Source: Antedon mediterranea (Eukaryota > Animalia > Echinodermata). From it: a DNA stretch of 64,000 nucleotides. Shown piece after piece: positions 56,701 to 64,000 of the stretch (position 1 is the stretch's first letter; every line of letters begins with the position of its first letter). Location: the NCBI RefSeq assembly GCF_964355755.1, contig NC_092672.1, positions 8,804,001 to 8,868,000 on the forward strand. Reading direction: 5' to 3'. Under the pieces are notes generated by a model. That model saw only the letters and a program-made list of their open reading frames with translations, was not told where the DNA came from and ran no database searches. The translations under genes and the position numbers were made by a program.

Positions 56701-59700
56701 TAATTTGTTTAATGTCTTAAATATTTTGGACATATTATGGCCTTTTCAAACATTGTCCTATCGAAATAATGAATTAAGACATATTTCAGCGTATAACAGA
56801 GGTTGTCCTTTTTTTCACGTTCACACATACGGTGTAAGACTGACTGGCGTAGCTAACACAAAATCGGTACTAATGAGTGTATACTTTTTTTTAAATGATT
56901 TTTAGTTTATAGACTCTTCAGACGTTTTATTGACTTTATTCAGTCGTTAGAAATCGGATTGTAATTATGCCTAATGAAGTGCAACGTACGTGATTTGACC
57001 AATCATAAACGATGAAATATTCAAACTGTCGCTTGTTATTGGTCAACTGGCTGGGAACGTCATTACGTGGCCGGCAGCTCTACTGGGAACCACGCGTTAG
57101 TCTTCATCTATCGACGATATAGTCTAATTGTTTCGAGAATTGTTTCTAATATTCTATCTGTTTTGTAGTTATCTCGGTATACAGTACGGTTCATTCTCAA
57201 AATAAAATATAATGATGATTATCCTAAACATAAAGTATGAAATACAACACACACAAGTCTACCATTGTTTATAAACAATATGCATATTTGTGACCGGAGA
57301 TAATTAGGACGTGAAATGGGAGTAAAAATATTAAAGGTAGTATTCGAGTCGAGGGTTTAATATGTATTTCTTTCAAAATAATATCAAAGAGCAAACCAAT
57401 ACTTAAAGATGTATTGTCCCAAAAATCATGAAAAATAAAGATTAATTAAATCAGACTATAAATAATCCAATTTGCAGCTTTAATAAAGTTAATCACTTTC
57501 AGAAAAAAAAAAGCCCAAAAAATAATGTTTTCACTTATAAAAAGACAAAATAAACGGTTAAATGTAACACAAAAAAAAATGGCTGGCAGCCAATTTGACT
57601 ATTTTTTGCTTTAAATTTTAGTTTTTTAAGGTAAATATTTTGTTTTCGATCTAATTTTTGGTAAAATTCAATAACTATTATATCACATCGAAACTGCATA
57701 TTCAACAACAAAAATTTTTAAAAAATAATTTTTTTCAGGAGGAAAATACATCTTTAACCTTATACACATTCATGGTTTATTGACTAAATTTATTTGACAC
57801 ACAGGAGGACTAAACGAATATCATTGCTGTCTGTTCGATAGCAATACACATTATGACTTTAGACCTCATATCGATTTCATCACCAAGAAAACTAATAGCT
57901 TTTTAAATATTTAATAGTTTGTCTATAATATCCAAAATGAAGTCGCGTTTCAGTAGTTGACATTTGGGAACGTATAATAATAGTCCAAACAAACATAACC
58001 TTGCTAATGATTAGAGGTGATGATTGGATGTGGTGATAGGTTGGTGCAAAATATATTGAGTTTAATTTCATGGTTAGGCCTACTCTTATAGAAAGAGAAA
58101 AAAAACTATAAGCCTTCAGTAATAAATAACAGTCAACAAACAGGCCTACATTTCTGTCGACACTATCAAACTTTATGTGACAATAATATGGTTAGGCCTA
58201 CTCTTAATATATTGAAAGAGAAAACAACTTTAAGCCTTCAGTAATAAATAACAGTCAACAAACAGGCCTAAATTTCTGTCTACACTATCAAACTTTATGT
58301 GACAATAATATGGTTAGGTCTACTCTTAATATATTGAAAGAGAAAACAACTTTAAGCCTTCAGTAATAAATAAAAGTCAACAAATACGCCTAAAGCTCTG
58401 TCTACACTATCAAACTTTATGTGACAATAACATTAATGTGCCCATATATGGACACGATGATGTCATATCACTCACTACTATATTTAGGCATATCGCTACC
58501 ATATTTGGGCACATCCCACTTTTTTGTCACTAGTTTGATAGTGTAGACAGAGCTTTAGGTCTATATGGTAAGACTGAACAGGTTGTCGCATTAATGTAAT
58601 TGTGTGATAATATAATGTCATATTCAAGTAAGGATTTATAACGTTAGCCGCCCTTGATTCAAGTTATAATACGGTATTCCATTTTGTTTCATTTCATACT
58701 AATTTTAAATGAGCATGAATGAGTGTCATTCTATGCATTACCTTTTCAATAGAACCATGCACTAACTTCTTCGGTAGGCTACATCCCTATACATTATTAG
58801 AATACGAACTTTGGCCAATTATTTGTTTTTAACATTAGGGTCAAACCATTATTAATGGGGAAACCCAAAAGGAGATACTTGTTGTTGGGTCCCAAAGGTG
58901 CTTGGGTTCCATAGTGTTATCAGTAAACATAAAAAAAAACAACCCGATGTATTCTAGATTCAATGTACTTAGGTTTAATCGTTTAATACATTGCAACTGA
59001 TAGACCAATCAGTCTACGATGAGGTATCACATGACATCTATTTTCTCGTTTTCAAGAATTCCAAGAGAGTGTTGAATAAGATATTCGTAATCAACTTTTG
59101 TCCCTTTTAGATCTTCTTAAGTAAGTGTCTAAGTCTATACTCGACCCTAATCAGATTACACCGACAAATGACAGTTATATTAATGAAGCCGCAAACAAAA
59201 TCATAGTAATTTTAAATTCAGACGATATGATACTATAGCGACTTCGAACAGATAAAGCGCACGATACGTATACACTTTTAATGCGTTAATGCTGAGTCTC
59301 AAAGCGTCAACCGTCAGTCTTTAAGCGTCAACATGTATAATAAGCATTTTATGTATAATACTGAAAATCTAATTAAATACACAAAAGCTTTATATATTTC
59401 ACTGCGATGCTCTTTTGATCCGACGCCTATTATTTATAATTTACAACGTATTTATTTAAAAGGCTTAATAACCTTGTCTTTGAATCTAATTCGCAAACAT
59501 GCCACGGATTAAAAAAGACATTACAAAAAGAAATGTATTGCAAAGACGAATAATCTACAAATGCGCATACATTGTTCATCAGATGAAACGGTAAAACATG
59601 TTTCGCGCACCATAGGTACTATCGATGGCCAAAATGGTATACTTTAGTGGTGTTTCACATAATTTTTTTTTTTACTTAGACCAATATTTTTCCACGTGTT

Positions 59701-62700
59701 ACGTATAATAATTATAAGGAATTATCTAATATTACCAGAACGACATACTAACTGATGGTTCCAGACCATTAATATTAGTTAAATGATAATTATCAATAAT
59801 GATATCATTCGAAAGCACAATTTTGAAACAAAAACATCGTGCGATGCTTAAAAACGATTTCGGCAATTCCTGCAAAGTGTTAAAAACAGAAATGTGCAGT
59901 AATGTAAGTAGTCGCATGTTGACACAATTTGGAAGAAACGGCTTACCGAGTAAAGAAACGCATCAAGAGATAGTTGAAAATGACTTATCGCCATACAATT
60001 CATTAGTGACGTCATGTTATGCTACATATTGTAAATTGACAAAATGACATCATTATAGGTCACCCGTTTCTGCATTCAAAGTGTCAAATTTTAGCAGCCA
60101 TAAAAAAATATTTTTTTTTATTGTGTGACATTATACTCATGATTTAAACAATACGACTGTATGCAAAATTAAACAAAAAATTAAAGTATGAACAATAGAT
60201 CACTTGAGCTGTTAAGGTTACACTTTTCAGACCAAACATAGTGTTCCTTGGGTGTTTCTTGAATAGAGGTTAGTCATTAATTTTAAAACAGCCCCAAGTT
60301 TGTTTCACGTGAAATTGTCCTATTAGGTGTAACTGAATATGGGTTAGCCGTATTGTGATAAGACATATTTCACTCAGTAATTTCATAAAAAAGTGTCCAG
60401 ACGTACAGTATACCCCTGAATAGCGGTGTGGTAAGAAGGTGTAGGTCTATATGAAACTGGTAGTGATCAATCTCATTCATTTGCTTATTAATGAATTAAA
60501 TGTGGAAAAACATTAGTATAGTTGCATAGAAGTATTTTAATCTAAAATTTAGTTTGAATACAATGTAATGAGTCTCTTTTTATCTAAATTCTATGACATT
60601 TAGCGTATCGATTTCTTCATCAAGTTATACTGTACAATTACGAATTACAAATGCCTTAGTGTTTTGTTTAAATATATACGGTCATTATTTACTACATAAT
60701 ACAGTAGAAACTCTACCTTAGGACACTGTACCATTATTCAGGGGACACTTTTATTAAGAGGACATGTCCCCTATTAAGGACCATTTCCTTAAAAACAGGA
60801 GACAATACATAATGTTAAAATTATACTGCAACCCCTTACTCACAGGACACTTCTATTTAAGAGGATAATTGTGATTGTTATGATGTCCCCCTAATATAGG
60901 TTCTATCGTATAGATAAGTTAAGCTATAGGCCTAAGATCACTCAACTGAAAATCAGTTAAAAATAAAAATACAATATACATGATTATATGAATAATATTT
61001 TACTGATTTAAGAGGAGATAGTTTACAAAAAAACGAAAAGAACAATTTGCAACATCAAAAGATCAATTTGGAGGCACAGAAGAAGAAGAAAAGCAACATG
61101 ACATTAATTATAGAAAGAAAATCTATCTTCGCAAACGATCTTAAAGCATTAGTATACATTTTGTGAGTGTGAAATATCTGTAATGCTTTTAGTCTGTAAA
61201 CTCGAGTATAGTAGTAATGTTGTTGTTTGGCGTATTTAAGGTTTAACATGATAATGCCAAAAGTTCAAGTTTGACAACAAATGTTGCTCGTCTTCACAGG
61301 TAACGCAATGTAGGTCTAGTTGTATTGTTATTGTGACAAATGCATTTATTTCCATATATCGTGTGTGCTACATTCCCCCGCCCCAAAACCCCACACGGAT
61401 AACTACGTAGAGCCTGAATTGAATAGTTTAACATTAACATGGTATCGACGGCTACATATCCACATCTGAGAGAGGACGCGGGTCATGCTACCATACAGCA
61501 CAAATAACATTCAGGGATGAAATTTGAACACAGCCGACAAAATAATGACCTTGTCTGTTGAATTTTCTGTTCAATGATAATTAATAACATTGATGTTATT
61601 TCAATAAATTCAAATAAACAAAATAAATTGCGTAAACGGGATACTATACTTGTTTGTGGTTCATGCTATTTTTCCAGAATATGTAAAATAAGATTTAGTT
61701 AATTCACATTAAGTAAAAGTGAATTTCTGCTTGTATTTTGGTTACCGTTTATTAAGTTTTAGTTTAAATGAACACCATCAATATTTGTACCAAAAAAAAA
61801 AGGGAAAATTGTATAAGCTATTAAACAAGGTAAATATATTGCAGAAGAATTGACTAATATCACAATTAAGTAATACTCAGGATTTTTTGCAGAAATCTTG
61901 AATTTAGTGAAAGCGTTTTGTTCTTTTAGAATAGAACTTACATTTCTCTAAATTAGATTAGCTAATTTTACAAGTTAATTCAATACAACTAGTAATTTAC
62001 ATTCACTCAAGAAATGATACCGTTTTAATGCTAAGTTGTACATTAAAGGCCAATGGTAGCAAAATGTCTTTTTAAAGATTCTACGAAAAATCAAAATAAT
62101 ATTAAAAGATAGATCGAAGTAATAAATAAATCAATCACTATAAATATTTAGTTTTATAAACATTGGTTTTAAAATATTCATTTTGGGTTAGACTAAAATA
62201 AACCATCAGAGTGAAATATAATTGTCATAAAAATAATTGATTGTTAAAAAATGTCTCGCTGTAAAACTTAAAGGAAGAAAATGCACCTGCCCTAATGGTT
62301 GATTTAACTTTTAAAACAAACATTTTCTTTACATTTAGACTGAACATAATTCAATAGATTAGTTTCAAATTTTTTAAACTGAAACTTTATATTCAAATAG
62401 TAATCTTTTGATTGACAGATATTGGAATTGGCGGGAAACCACAAAAGAATGAAAAATCAGACGACAGTAAATGTAACATTAACTCACATGAAATCAATAT
62501 CACTATTTGGTACAATCGCGTTGGTTTTAGAATGATACTTTACTGGATATATACAAGAACAATGGTAAATGCACCCATGATGATTTATAGGAATTCAAAG
62601 TCCGGACCTATTACGGGGATTAAAACAGCTCTAACTGAACGTCAAATTCACTCTTTTATACGGACTCTTAATGTTGCTAATTTGCATTAAATAGTGCTAA

Positions 62701-64000
62701 CTAATAGACATAGGATAATTATAGTAGTTCATAATTAAGTATAATGGACACTCAGGCATCAAATGGCTTCAATGTCCATGGTGATTCTTGATACATGTTT
62801 AATGGTAATTAGAGCTTAAATTCTAGTTTTTCAAGAAACCCTGTTTACGAATAATAAGGGTAATTAGACTCAACGCAGCATCTTTTAAATGAACACGTCA
62901 GTGGAGTAAATATTTTAATTAAGTTAATTACGCTTCAAATTAAGTTCAGCAAATGTGTTACGGGTTCTATTTTTCCATTCACCTCTAATTAGGCTATTTA
63001 GCATCATTTGATGACGCTATAAATAGGACCATCAGAATGATAAATTATTGTATAAAATTAGATAATAATGTTGAAAAATAATGCTTTATAAATAGAATAT
63101 TTTAGTAGCAGTTATGTAAACAAAATGTTACATTAGTTATGGTGGGATTGAGAACATTATGTTGTTTAAAAGAATTTTATTTTATGATATTTCAACAATC
63201 ACATTCACAGGATTATCATGAACTCCGCACGATTCCATAAATACATGTTTGCAAATACCGTTTATGAATCTTTTTAAGGACATTCAAGCGAATTATTTCA
63301 CTGATCCTTTTCAAAGTTGGCAATCATATTTACACGACAAACTTATTGAAAGATGCTCTACATAAAGACATTTTTTTTGGGGTTGAGTGTTTTGTTTTGT
63401 TTTTCACGATGAACATTTTATTTACCCATTCACATTTAGGTTAGGTAGAAACCCTTAGCATTTCAAAATTCTCTTATCTAAGCTAATACCACACACGGGA
63501 CATATTTATTGAATAACATATTGGATATTTAATTAAAGTGTATTTTAGGGAAACATTTAGCTTAAGTGTTATTGGTGAATATGGTGAATACGGCGACTGG
63601 TACAGGATCTGAACACAGTACCATGGAATCAAACAAAGTATACAATATTCGGTTACTTACCACATAACTTTTCTGATGTAGAGTATCATTAAATTGTTTG
63701 CCGTCTGTATAATTTTGAAGTTTCACAAATCTTCGACCAGGACTACTATGCGGTGTTGCCTTTTGGGTGGATTCGGTTACTGCTGCACTTGAATTCATAA
63801 CCGTCAGTGGGACAGTTTGAGCAGAACTATCCGCCTTTAGAATTTCGGCAACAGGACACTTTGGTTTGTTTTCAACGGCGTCATTTTCTGCACGTATACT
63901 TTCTTTTTCTGCTTTTTTCAAGCTGTTATTATCATCTCCAGTTATGTTTGCGCTGGTTGTTGTATTATAAATTTCTCTCTCGGTTTTGAAATCTTCAGTG
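2530..64000 (-). CDS. NOS: Nitric oxide synthase, constitutive (Ca2+/CaM-dependent) type; spliced gene with 22 coding exons visible, 5' and 3' ends outside the window
   Basis: Manual splicing gives 1172 open codons containing CxxxxC (CTEKQC), heme ligand motif [24 protein letters not shown], CaM helix [21 protein letters not shown] loop ATETGKS, STFGNGD, FAD RYYSISS and [14 protein letters not shown] and HIYVCGD. Many exon sizes (163, 92, 142, 140, 175, 102, 195, 145, 105, 175, 211) match vertebrate NOS exons as I recall them. Confidence 0.98.
3289..3433. mobile_element. PIF/Harbinger-like MITE (145 bp)
   Basis: About 45-bp imperfect TIRs AGCC(A/G)ATTTT..ACTA..GAATTTGTTCGCGCG with TAA on both sides (3286-3288, 3434-3436). 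Confidence 0.7.
3525..3845. repeat. Minisatellite, about 22-bp unit TAAGTAAAAGAAATGTTTACAT, about 14 copies
   Basis: Direct tandem repeats visible. Confidence 0.9.
3922..4201 (-). CDS. NOS: NOS exon U (280 nt), NADPH-binding
   Basis: TATAG|[33 protein letters not shown]...FGCR...[11 protein letters not shown]|GTACCC. Confidence 0.97.
4299..4402 (+). mobile_element. MITE family A, partial copy (left TIR only)
   Basis: TTA-AGCTCTGTCTACACTATCAAAC plus internal sequence shared with the copies at 9861, 17410, 26808 and 58394. Confidence 0.7.
4649..4727 (-). CDS. NOS: NOS exon T (79 nt)
   Basis: CACAG|[27 protein letters not shown]|GTAAGT. Confidence 0.95.
5067..5277 (-). CDS. NOS: NOS exon S (211 nt), FAD-binding RYYSISS
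   Basis: AATAG|[23 protein letters not shown]...PRYYSISSS...[11 protein letters not shown]|GTACGT. Confidence 0.97.
5446..5680. repeat. (GAA)n / polypurine microsatellite in the NOS R-S intron
   Basis: About 235 bp of almost pure purine on +, with a pure GAA run at about 5606-5670. Confidence 0.95.
5815..5984 (-). CDS. NOS: NOS exon R (170 nt), connecting domain
   Basis: TTTAG|[56 protein letters not shown]|GTAAAA. Confidence 0.95.
6169..6362 (-). CDS. NOS: NOS exon Q (194 nt), FAD domain
   Basis: TTTCAG|[30 protein letters not shown]...LEERQTALG|GTAATT. Confidence 0.96.
6763..6986 (-). CDS. NOS: NOS exon P (224 nt), FMN-FAD hinge
   Basis: TTACAG|[21 protein letters not shown]...[25 protein letters not shown]|GTGTGT. 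Confidence 0.94.
7237..7411 (-). CDS. NOS: NOS exon O (175 nt), FMN domain
   Basis: TTTCAG|[58 protein letters not shown]|GTACAA. Confidence 0.97.
7672..7783. repeat. Exact 53-bp tandem duplication
   Basis: CTATTGTTTTATATTGCGTTGTATGCTAAATCCAAGCAAAATAACAGGCGGCG x2. Confidence 0.9.
8686..9134. mobile_element. Tc1/mariner-like MITE with CCGTA termini
   Basis: TA-CCGTAAGTCTTCTAATTGTAAT ... ATTACTATTATAAGATTTACGG-TA, with internal GGGTTACTATTAG subrepeats. Confidence 0.7.
9861..10006 (+). mobile_element. MITE family A (Harbinger-like), near-complete copy
   Basis: CTCTGTCTACATTATCAAAC ... TTTGATAGTGTAGACAGAGCT-TAA. Confidence 0.75.
11218..11331 (-). CDS. NOS: NOS exon N (114 nt), autoinhibitory loop of constitutive NOS
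   Basis: TTTCAG|[38 protein letters not shown]|GTAAGA. It ends like nNOS GPLANVR. Symmetric phase 2-2. Confidence 0.93.
11877..11926 (-). CDS. NOS: NOS exon M (50 nt), FMN helix before the autoinhibitory insert
   Basis: ATTAG|[17 protein letters not shown]|GTAAGA, phase 0 to 2, in frame with both neighbours. Confidence 0.9.
12451..12765 (+). mobile_element. tRNA-derived SINE with Deu/Nin domain, full length, AAAC-type tail
   Basis: A box TGGCCGAGCGG and B box GGTTCGAGGC. The body CTCGGATAAGGACTATAAACCGTAGGTCC...CTTTAAAGA..C...GAGTAGGGGGTTAC.CCGGTGT resembles the Deu/Nin core of SINE3/AmnSINE1 as I recall it. Three near-identical copies in the window. Confidence 0.88.
12776..12880 (-). CDS. 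NOS: NOS exon L (105 nt), FMN domain
   Basis: GTTAG|[35 protein letters not shown]|GTACGA. Confidence 0.96.
13040..13110. repeat. Short tandem repeats of about 16 bp (GTGACCAAAAAGAC), probably a transposon remnant
   Basis: 3-4 degenerate copies, with a similar motif cluster at about 34254-34320. Confidence 0.5.
13273..13417 (-). CDS. NOS: NOS exon K (145 nt), end of CaM helix and FMN phosphate loop
   Basis: TTTCAG|[48 protein letters not shown]|GTAAGT. Confidence 0.97.
13965..14050 (-). CDS. NOS: NOS exon J (86 nt), start of the calmodulin-binding helix
   Basis: TTTCAG|[29 protein letters not shown]|GTAAGC. Confidence 0.95.
16279..16439 (+). mobile_element. MITE family B (Harbinger-like)
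   Basis: TIRs AGCTTGGTTCCCACTAG / CTAGTGGCAACCACGCT-TAA, internal palindrome CAATCACAAGCGA...TCGCTTGTGATTG. Related copies at 52771, 53660 and about 56985. Confidence 0.75.
17410..17556 (+). mobile_element. MITE family A, degenerate copy
   Basis: ATATCAAACTAGTTTGACAA...GTGCCCAAAT...TAGTTTGATAGTATAGAG matches family A. Confidence 0.65.
17791..17985 (-). CDS. NOS: NOS exon I (195 nt), BH4-stacking Trp and end of the oxygenase domain
   Basis: TTTCAG|[65 protein letters not shown]|GTAGGA. Confidence 0.97.
21356..21457 (-). CDS. NOS: NOS exon H (102 nt)
   Basis: TTACAG|[34 protein letters not shown]|GTGAGA. Confidence 0.96.
22107..22281 (-). CDS. NOS: NOS exon G (175 nt), L-Arg-binding Glu and BH4-binding Arg
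   Basis: TATAG|[58 protein letters not shown]|GTTAGT. Confidence 0.97.
25981..26120 (-). CDS. NOS: NOS exon F (140 nt)
   Basis: TTTCAG|[47 protein letters not shown]|GTAAGG. Confidence 0.96.
26808..26946 (-). mobile_element. MITE family A, complete copy with TAA target duplication
   Basis: TAA-AGCTCTATCTACACTATCAAA ... TTTGATAGTGTAGAGACAGAGCT-TAA. Internal sequence is inverted relative to the 9861 copy. Confidence 0.78.
27402..27683 (+). mobile_element. Deu/Nin SINE, 5'-truncated (no A box), (AAAC)n tail
   Basis: Near-identical to the 12451 copy from ACGTAGCCATAAC onward. Confidence 0.88.
27921..28032. repeat. Minisatellite, about 20-bp unit (TATGACAAATTATGTTAACT), about 5 copies
   Basis: Direct tandem repeats visible. 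Confidence 0.85.
30060..30190 (+). pseudogene. Possible hAT transposase relic
   Basis: + frame reads [22 protein letters not shown], resembling the SxTxDGW first catalytic-Asp motif of hAT transposases. Bounded by stops. Confidence 0.35.
30518..35393. mobile_element. Putative 4.9-kb non-autonomous TIR element (Harbinger-like termini) in the NOS E-F intron
   Basis: Left TTAA-GGCCAATTTACACAGACGA..., right end reverse-complemented TTAA-GGCCCATTTACACTAGGACGA...; TTAA on both sides. These could instead be two independent half-elements. Confidence 0.45.
32114..32456 (+). mobile_element. Kolobok-like non-autonomous element (343 bp)
   Basis: TTAA-AGATGTATTGTCCCCC ... GGGGGACTATATATCT-TTAA. Homologous copy at 57407-57753 and an inverted internal fragment at about 31981-32070. 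Confidence 0.75.
37238..37379 (-). CDS. NOS: NOS exon E (142 nt)
   Basis: AATAG|[47 protein letters not shown]|GTAAGT. Confidence 0.96.
37711..38020 (+). mobile_element. Non-autonomous element with a long terminal hairpin (possibly Crypton-type)
   Basis: About 75-bp inverted arms (37855-38016) around the loop TCGGCTTTGCCTC. No TIR or TSD seen. The family assignment is from memory of Crypton derivatives. Confidence 0.5.
38021..38252. repeat. Minisatellite, 37-bp unit TATGTATATAGTTTATAGTTTGTAGTATAGCTTTTAA, about 6 copies
   Basis: Direct repeats, plus one partial unit at about 37683-37704 on the other side of the hairpin element. Confidence 0.92.
39900..40018 (-). mobile_element. Short HINE-type (Helentron) remnant with (GTCG/GTCT)n microsatellite
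   Basis: Minus strand CGACTCTATAGTTCACTATGTCGGTCGG...(GTCT)n...GCACGCGAC...CTTGT, a typical HINE layout. Confidence 0.55.
41101..41425 (+). mobile_element. Deu/Nin SINE, full length, (TTCAA)n tail
   Basis: Intact A and B boxes, body near-identical to the other copies, different 3' tail. Confidence 0.88.
41978..42057. repeat. 80-nt imperfect palindrome (hairpin)
   Basis: ACAAATGTGGCTACTGTTAAGTCTAAAGAACAAGGTA-TAATAA-TACTTTATTCTTTAGACATAATAGTGGCCACATTTGT. Confidence 0.85.
42713..42804 (-). CDS. NOS: NOS exon D (92 nt)
   Basis: TTACAG|[31 protein letters not shown]|GTATGT. Confidence 0.97.
45083..45568. mobile_element. CACTA/EnSpm-like MITE with about 70-bp TIRs
   Basis: TA-CACTGTAAAAATAGTGTTTAGATCTTAAAC.. 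/ ..GTTTAAGATCTAAACACTATTTTTACA, with many internal TAAACATG/TAAACACG subterminal repeats. The right tip is degenerate. Confidence 0.7.
46535..46618. repeat. About 42-bp tandem duplication
   Basis: GGGAGCCGAGCAGTAATA(C/T)TGATGGCGCAC x2. Confidence 0.85.
49224..49386 (-). CDS. NOS: NOS exon C (163 nt), heme-thiolate cysteine
   Basis: CAG|...[34 protein letters not shown]|GTAAAT. Confidence 0.97.
49652..49794 (-). CDS. NOS: NOS exon B (143 nt), zinc-binding CxxxxC
   Basis: TTTTTAAG|[48 protein letters not shown]|GTAATG. Not in the ORF track. Confidence 0.95.
51205..51270 (+). ncRNA. Degenerate minimal hammerhead ribozyme of Penelope-like element type
   Basis: CTC-CTGAGGA...hairpin GATTATT/AGTAT..ATACT/GATGATC-GAAACGTC-GAG. 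The core and stem II overlap, which implies a small deletion. Confidence 0.45.
52536..52736. repeat. 100-bp tandem duplication
   Basis: TAATGATATTCACACAATTATAGCATGG...GGAAAATGAAGTAG x2 with 3 differences. Confidence 0.92.
52771..52933 (+). mobile_element. MITE family B, left TIR truncated
   Basis: ACTAGAACGTAACGCAAGGACG...CGCTAGTGGGAACCACGCT-TTA, near-identical to the 16279 copy. Confidence 0.78.
52937..53656. mobile_element. PIF/Harbinger non-autonomous element (720 bp) with TTA target duplication
   Basis: TTA-AGCCTGTTTTCCTGTCGACGTTAGTCGACGCTATC ... GATAGCGTCGAATAACGTCGACAGGAAAACAGGCT-TTA, CpG-rich interior. Confidence 0.82.
53660..53813 (-). mobile_element. MITE family B relative, inverted and degenerate
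   Basis: GGACGTAACGCAA...TTGACCAATCACAAGCGATG...ACGCTTGCGTGGCGTTTACG matches the reverse complement of family B. Confidence 0.6.
55055..55735. mobile_element. Unclassified non-autonomous DNA-transposon-like repeat
   Basis: Internal duplications CATATCT.CATAACCCTTTGGTCTATT (about 55241, 55569), recurring TGACCTTTGAC, CCGGAA and AAAATGGCG motifs. Termini uncertain. Confidence 0.35.
57407..57753 (+). mobile_element. Kolobok-like non-autonomous element, second copy
   Basis: TTAA-AGATGTATTGTCCC ... GGAAAATACATCT-TTAA, colinear with 32114-32456. Confidence 0.75.
58070..58430. repeat. Three tandem units of about 120 bp, each including the left TIR of MITE family A
   Basis: Units start at 58070, 58188 and 58310 and each ends ...CTGTC.ACACTATCAAACTTTATGTGACAATAA. 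Confidence 0.88.
58394..58554 (-). mobile_element. MITE family A, complete copy
   Basis: Perfect TIRs AGCTCTGTCTACACTATCAAACT / AGTTTGATAGTGTAGACAGAGCT, flanked by TAA and TTA. Confidence 0.82.
60702..60908. mobile_element. Tc1/mariner (Tigger-like) MITE with CAGT terminus
   Basis: TA-CAGTAGAAACTC...GGGGACAC...TGTCCCCCTAATATAGGTTCTATCG-TA with recurring GGACAC motifs. A degenerate relative lies at about 9168-9297. Confidence 0.55.
63661..64000 (-). CDS. NOS: NOS exon A (5' part outside window): N-terminal linker and start of the oxygenase domain
   Basis: Open to the window edge: TEDFKTERE...KPKCPV...[27 protein letters not shown], similar to nNOS RFLKVKNWET...DTLHLKS. Donor GTG|GTAAGT, phase 0. 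Confidence 0.9.

Noticed and set aside
1-64000. Inverted or duplicated NOS exon copies (Lymnaea-type anti-NOS, mutually exclusive exons)
   Set aside because: I saw no second copy of any NOS exon on either strand by eye. A self-tblastx would be needed to exclude diverged copies.

Overview
This is AT-rich (about 30-32% GC by eye) animal genomic DNA. Almost the whole window is one minus-strand, intron-rich nitric oxide synthase (NOS) gene that runs off both ends. I resolved 22 coding exons, all with GT-AG boundaries where visible and consistent phases, giving 1172 uninterrupted codons. They cover the Zn-tetrathiolate, heme/BH4 oxygenase, calmodulin-binding, FMN (with autoinhibitory insert), FAD and NADPH modules. 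The start codon and the last exon (YHEDIF) lie outside the window. The introns hold three Deu/Nin-domain tRNA-SINEs (all antisense to NOS), nested Helentron-type elements, several Harbinger-, Kolobok-, Tc1/mariner- and CACTA-like MITEs, a long-hairpin element, a decayed Penelope-type hammerhead and mini/microsatellites. The organism looks like a marine invertebrate, probably a deuterostome such as an echinoderm (inference). The best lead is that the autoinhibitory loop sits on its own frame-neutral 114-nt exon after a 50-nt exon, so skipping it would give exactly iNOS spacing. The following intron is unusually long and holds a candidate truncating exon, so one gene might splice constitutive, inducible-like and dominant-negative NOS forms. 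No expression data are available here to test this.
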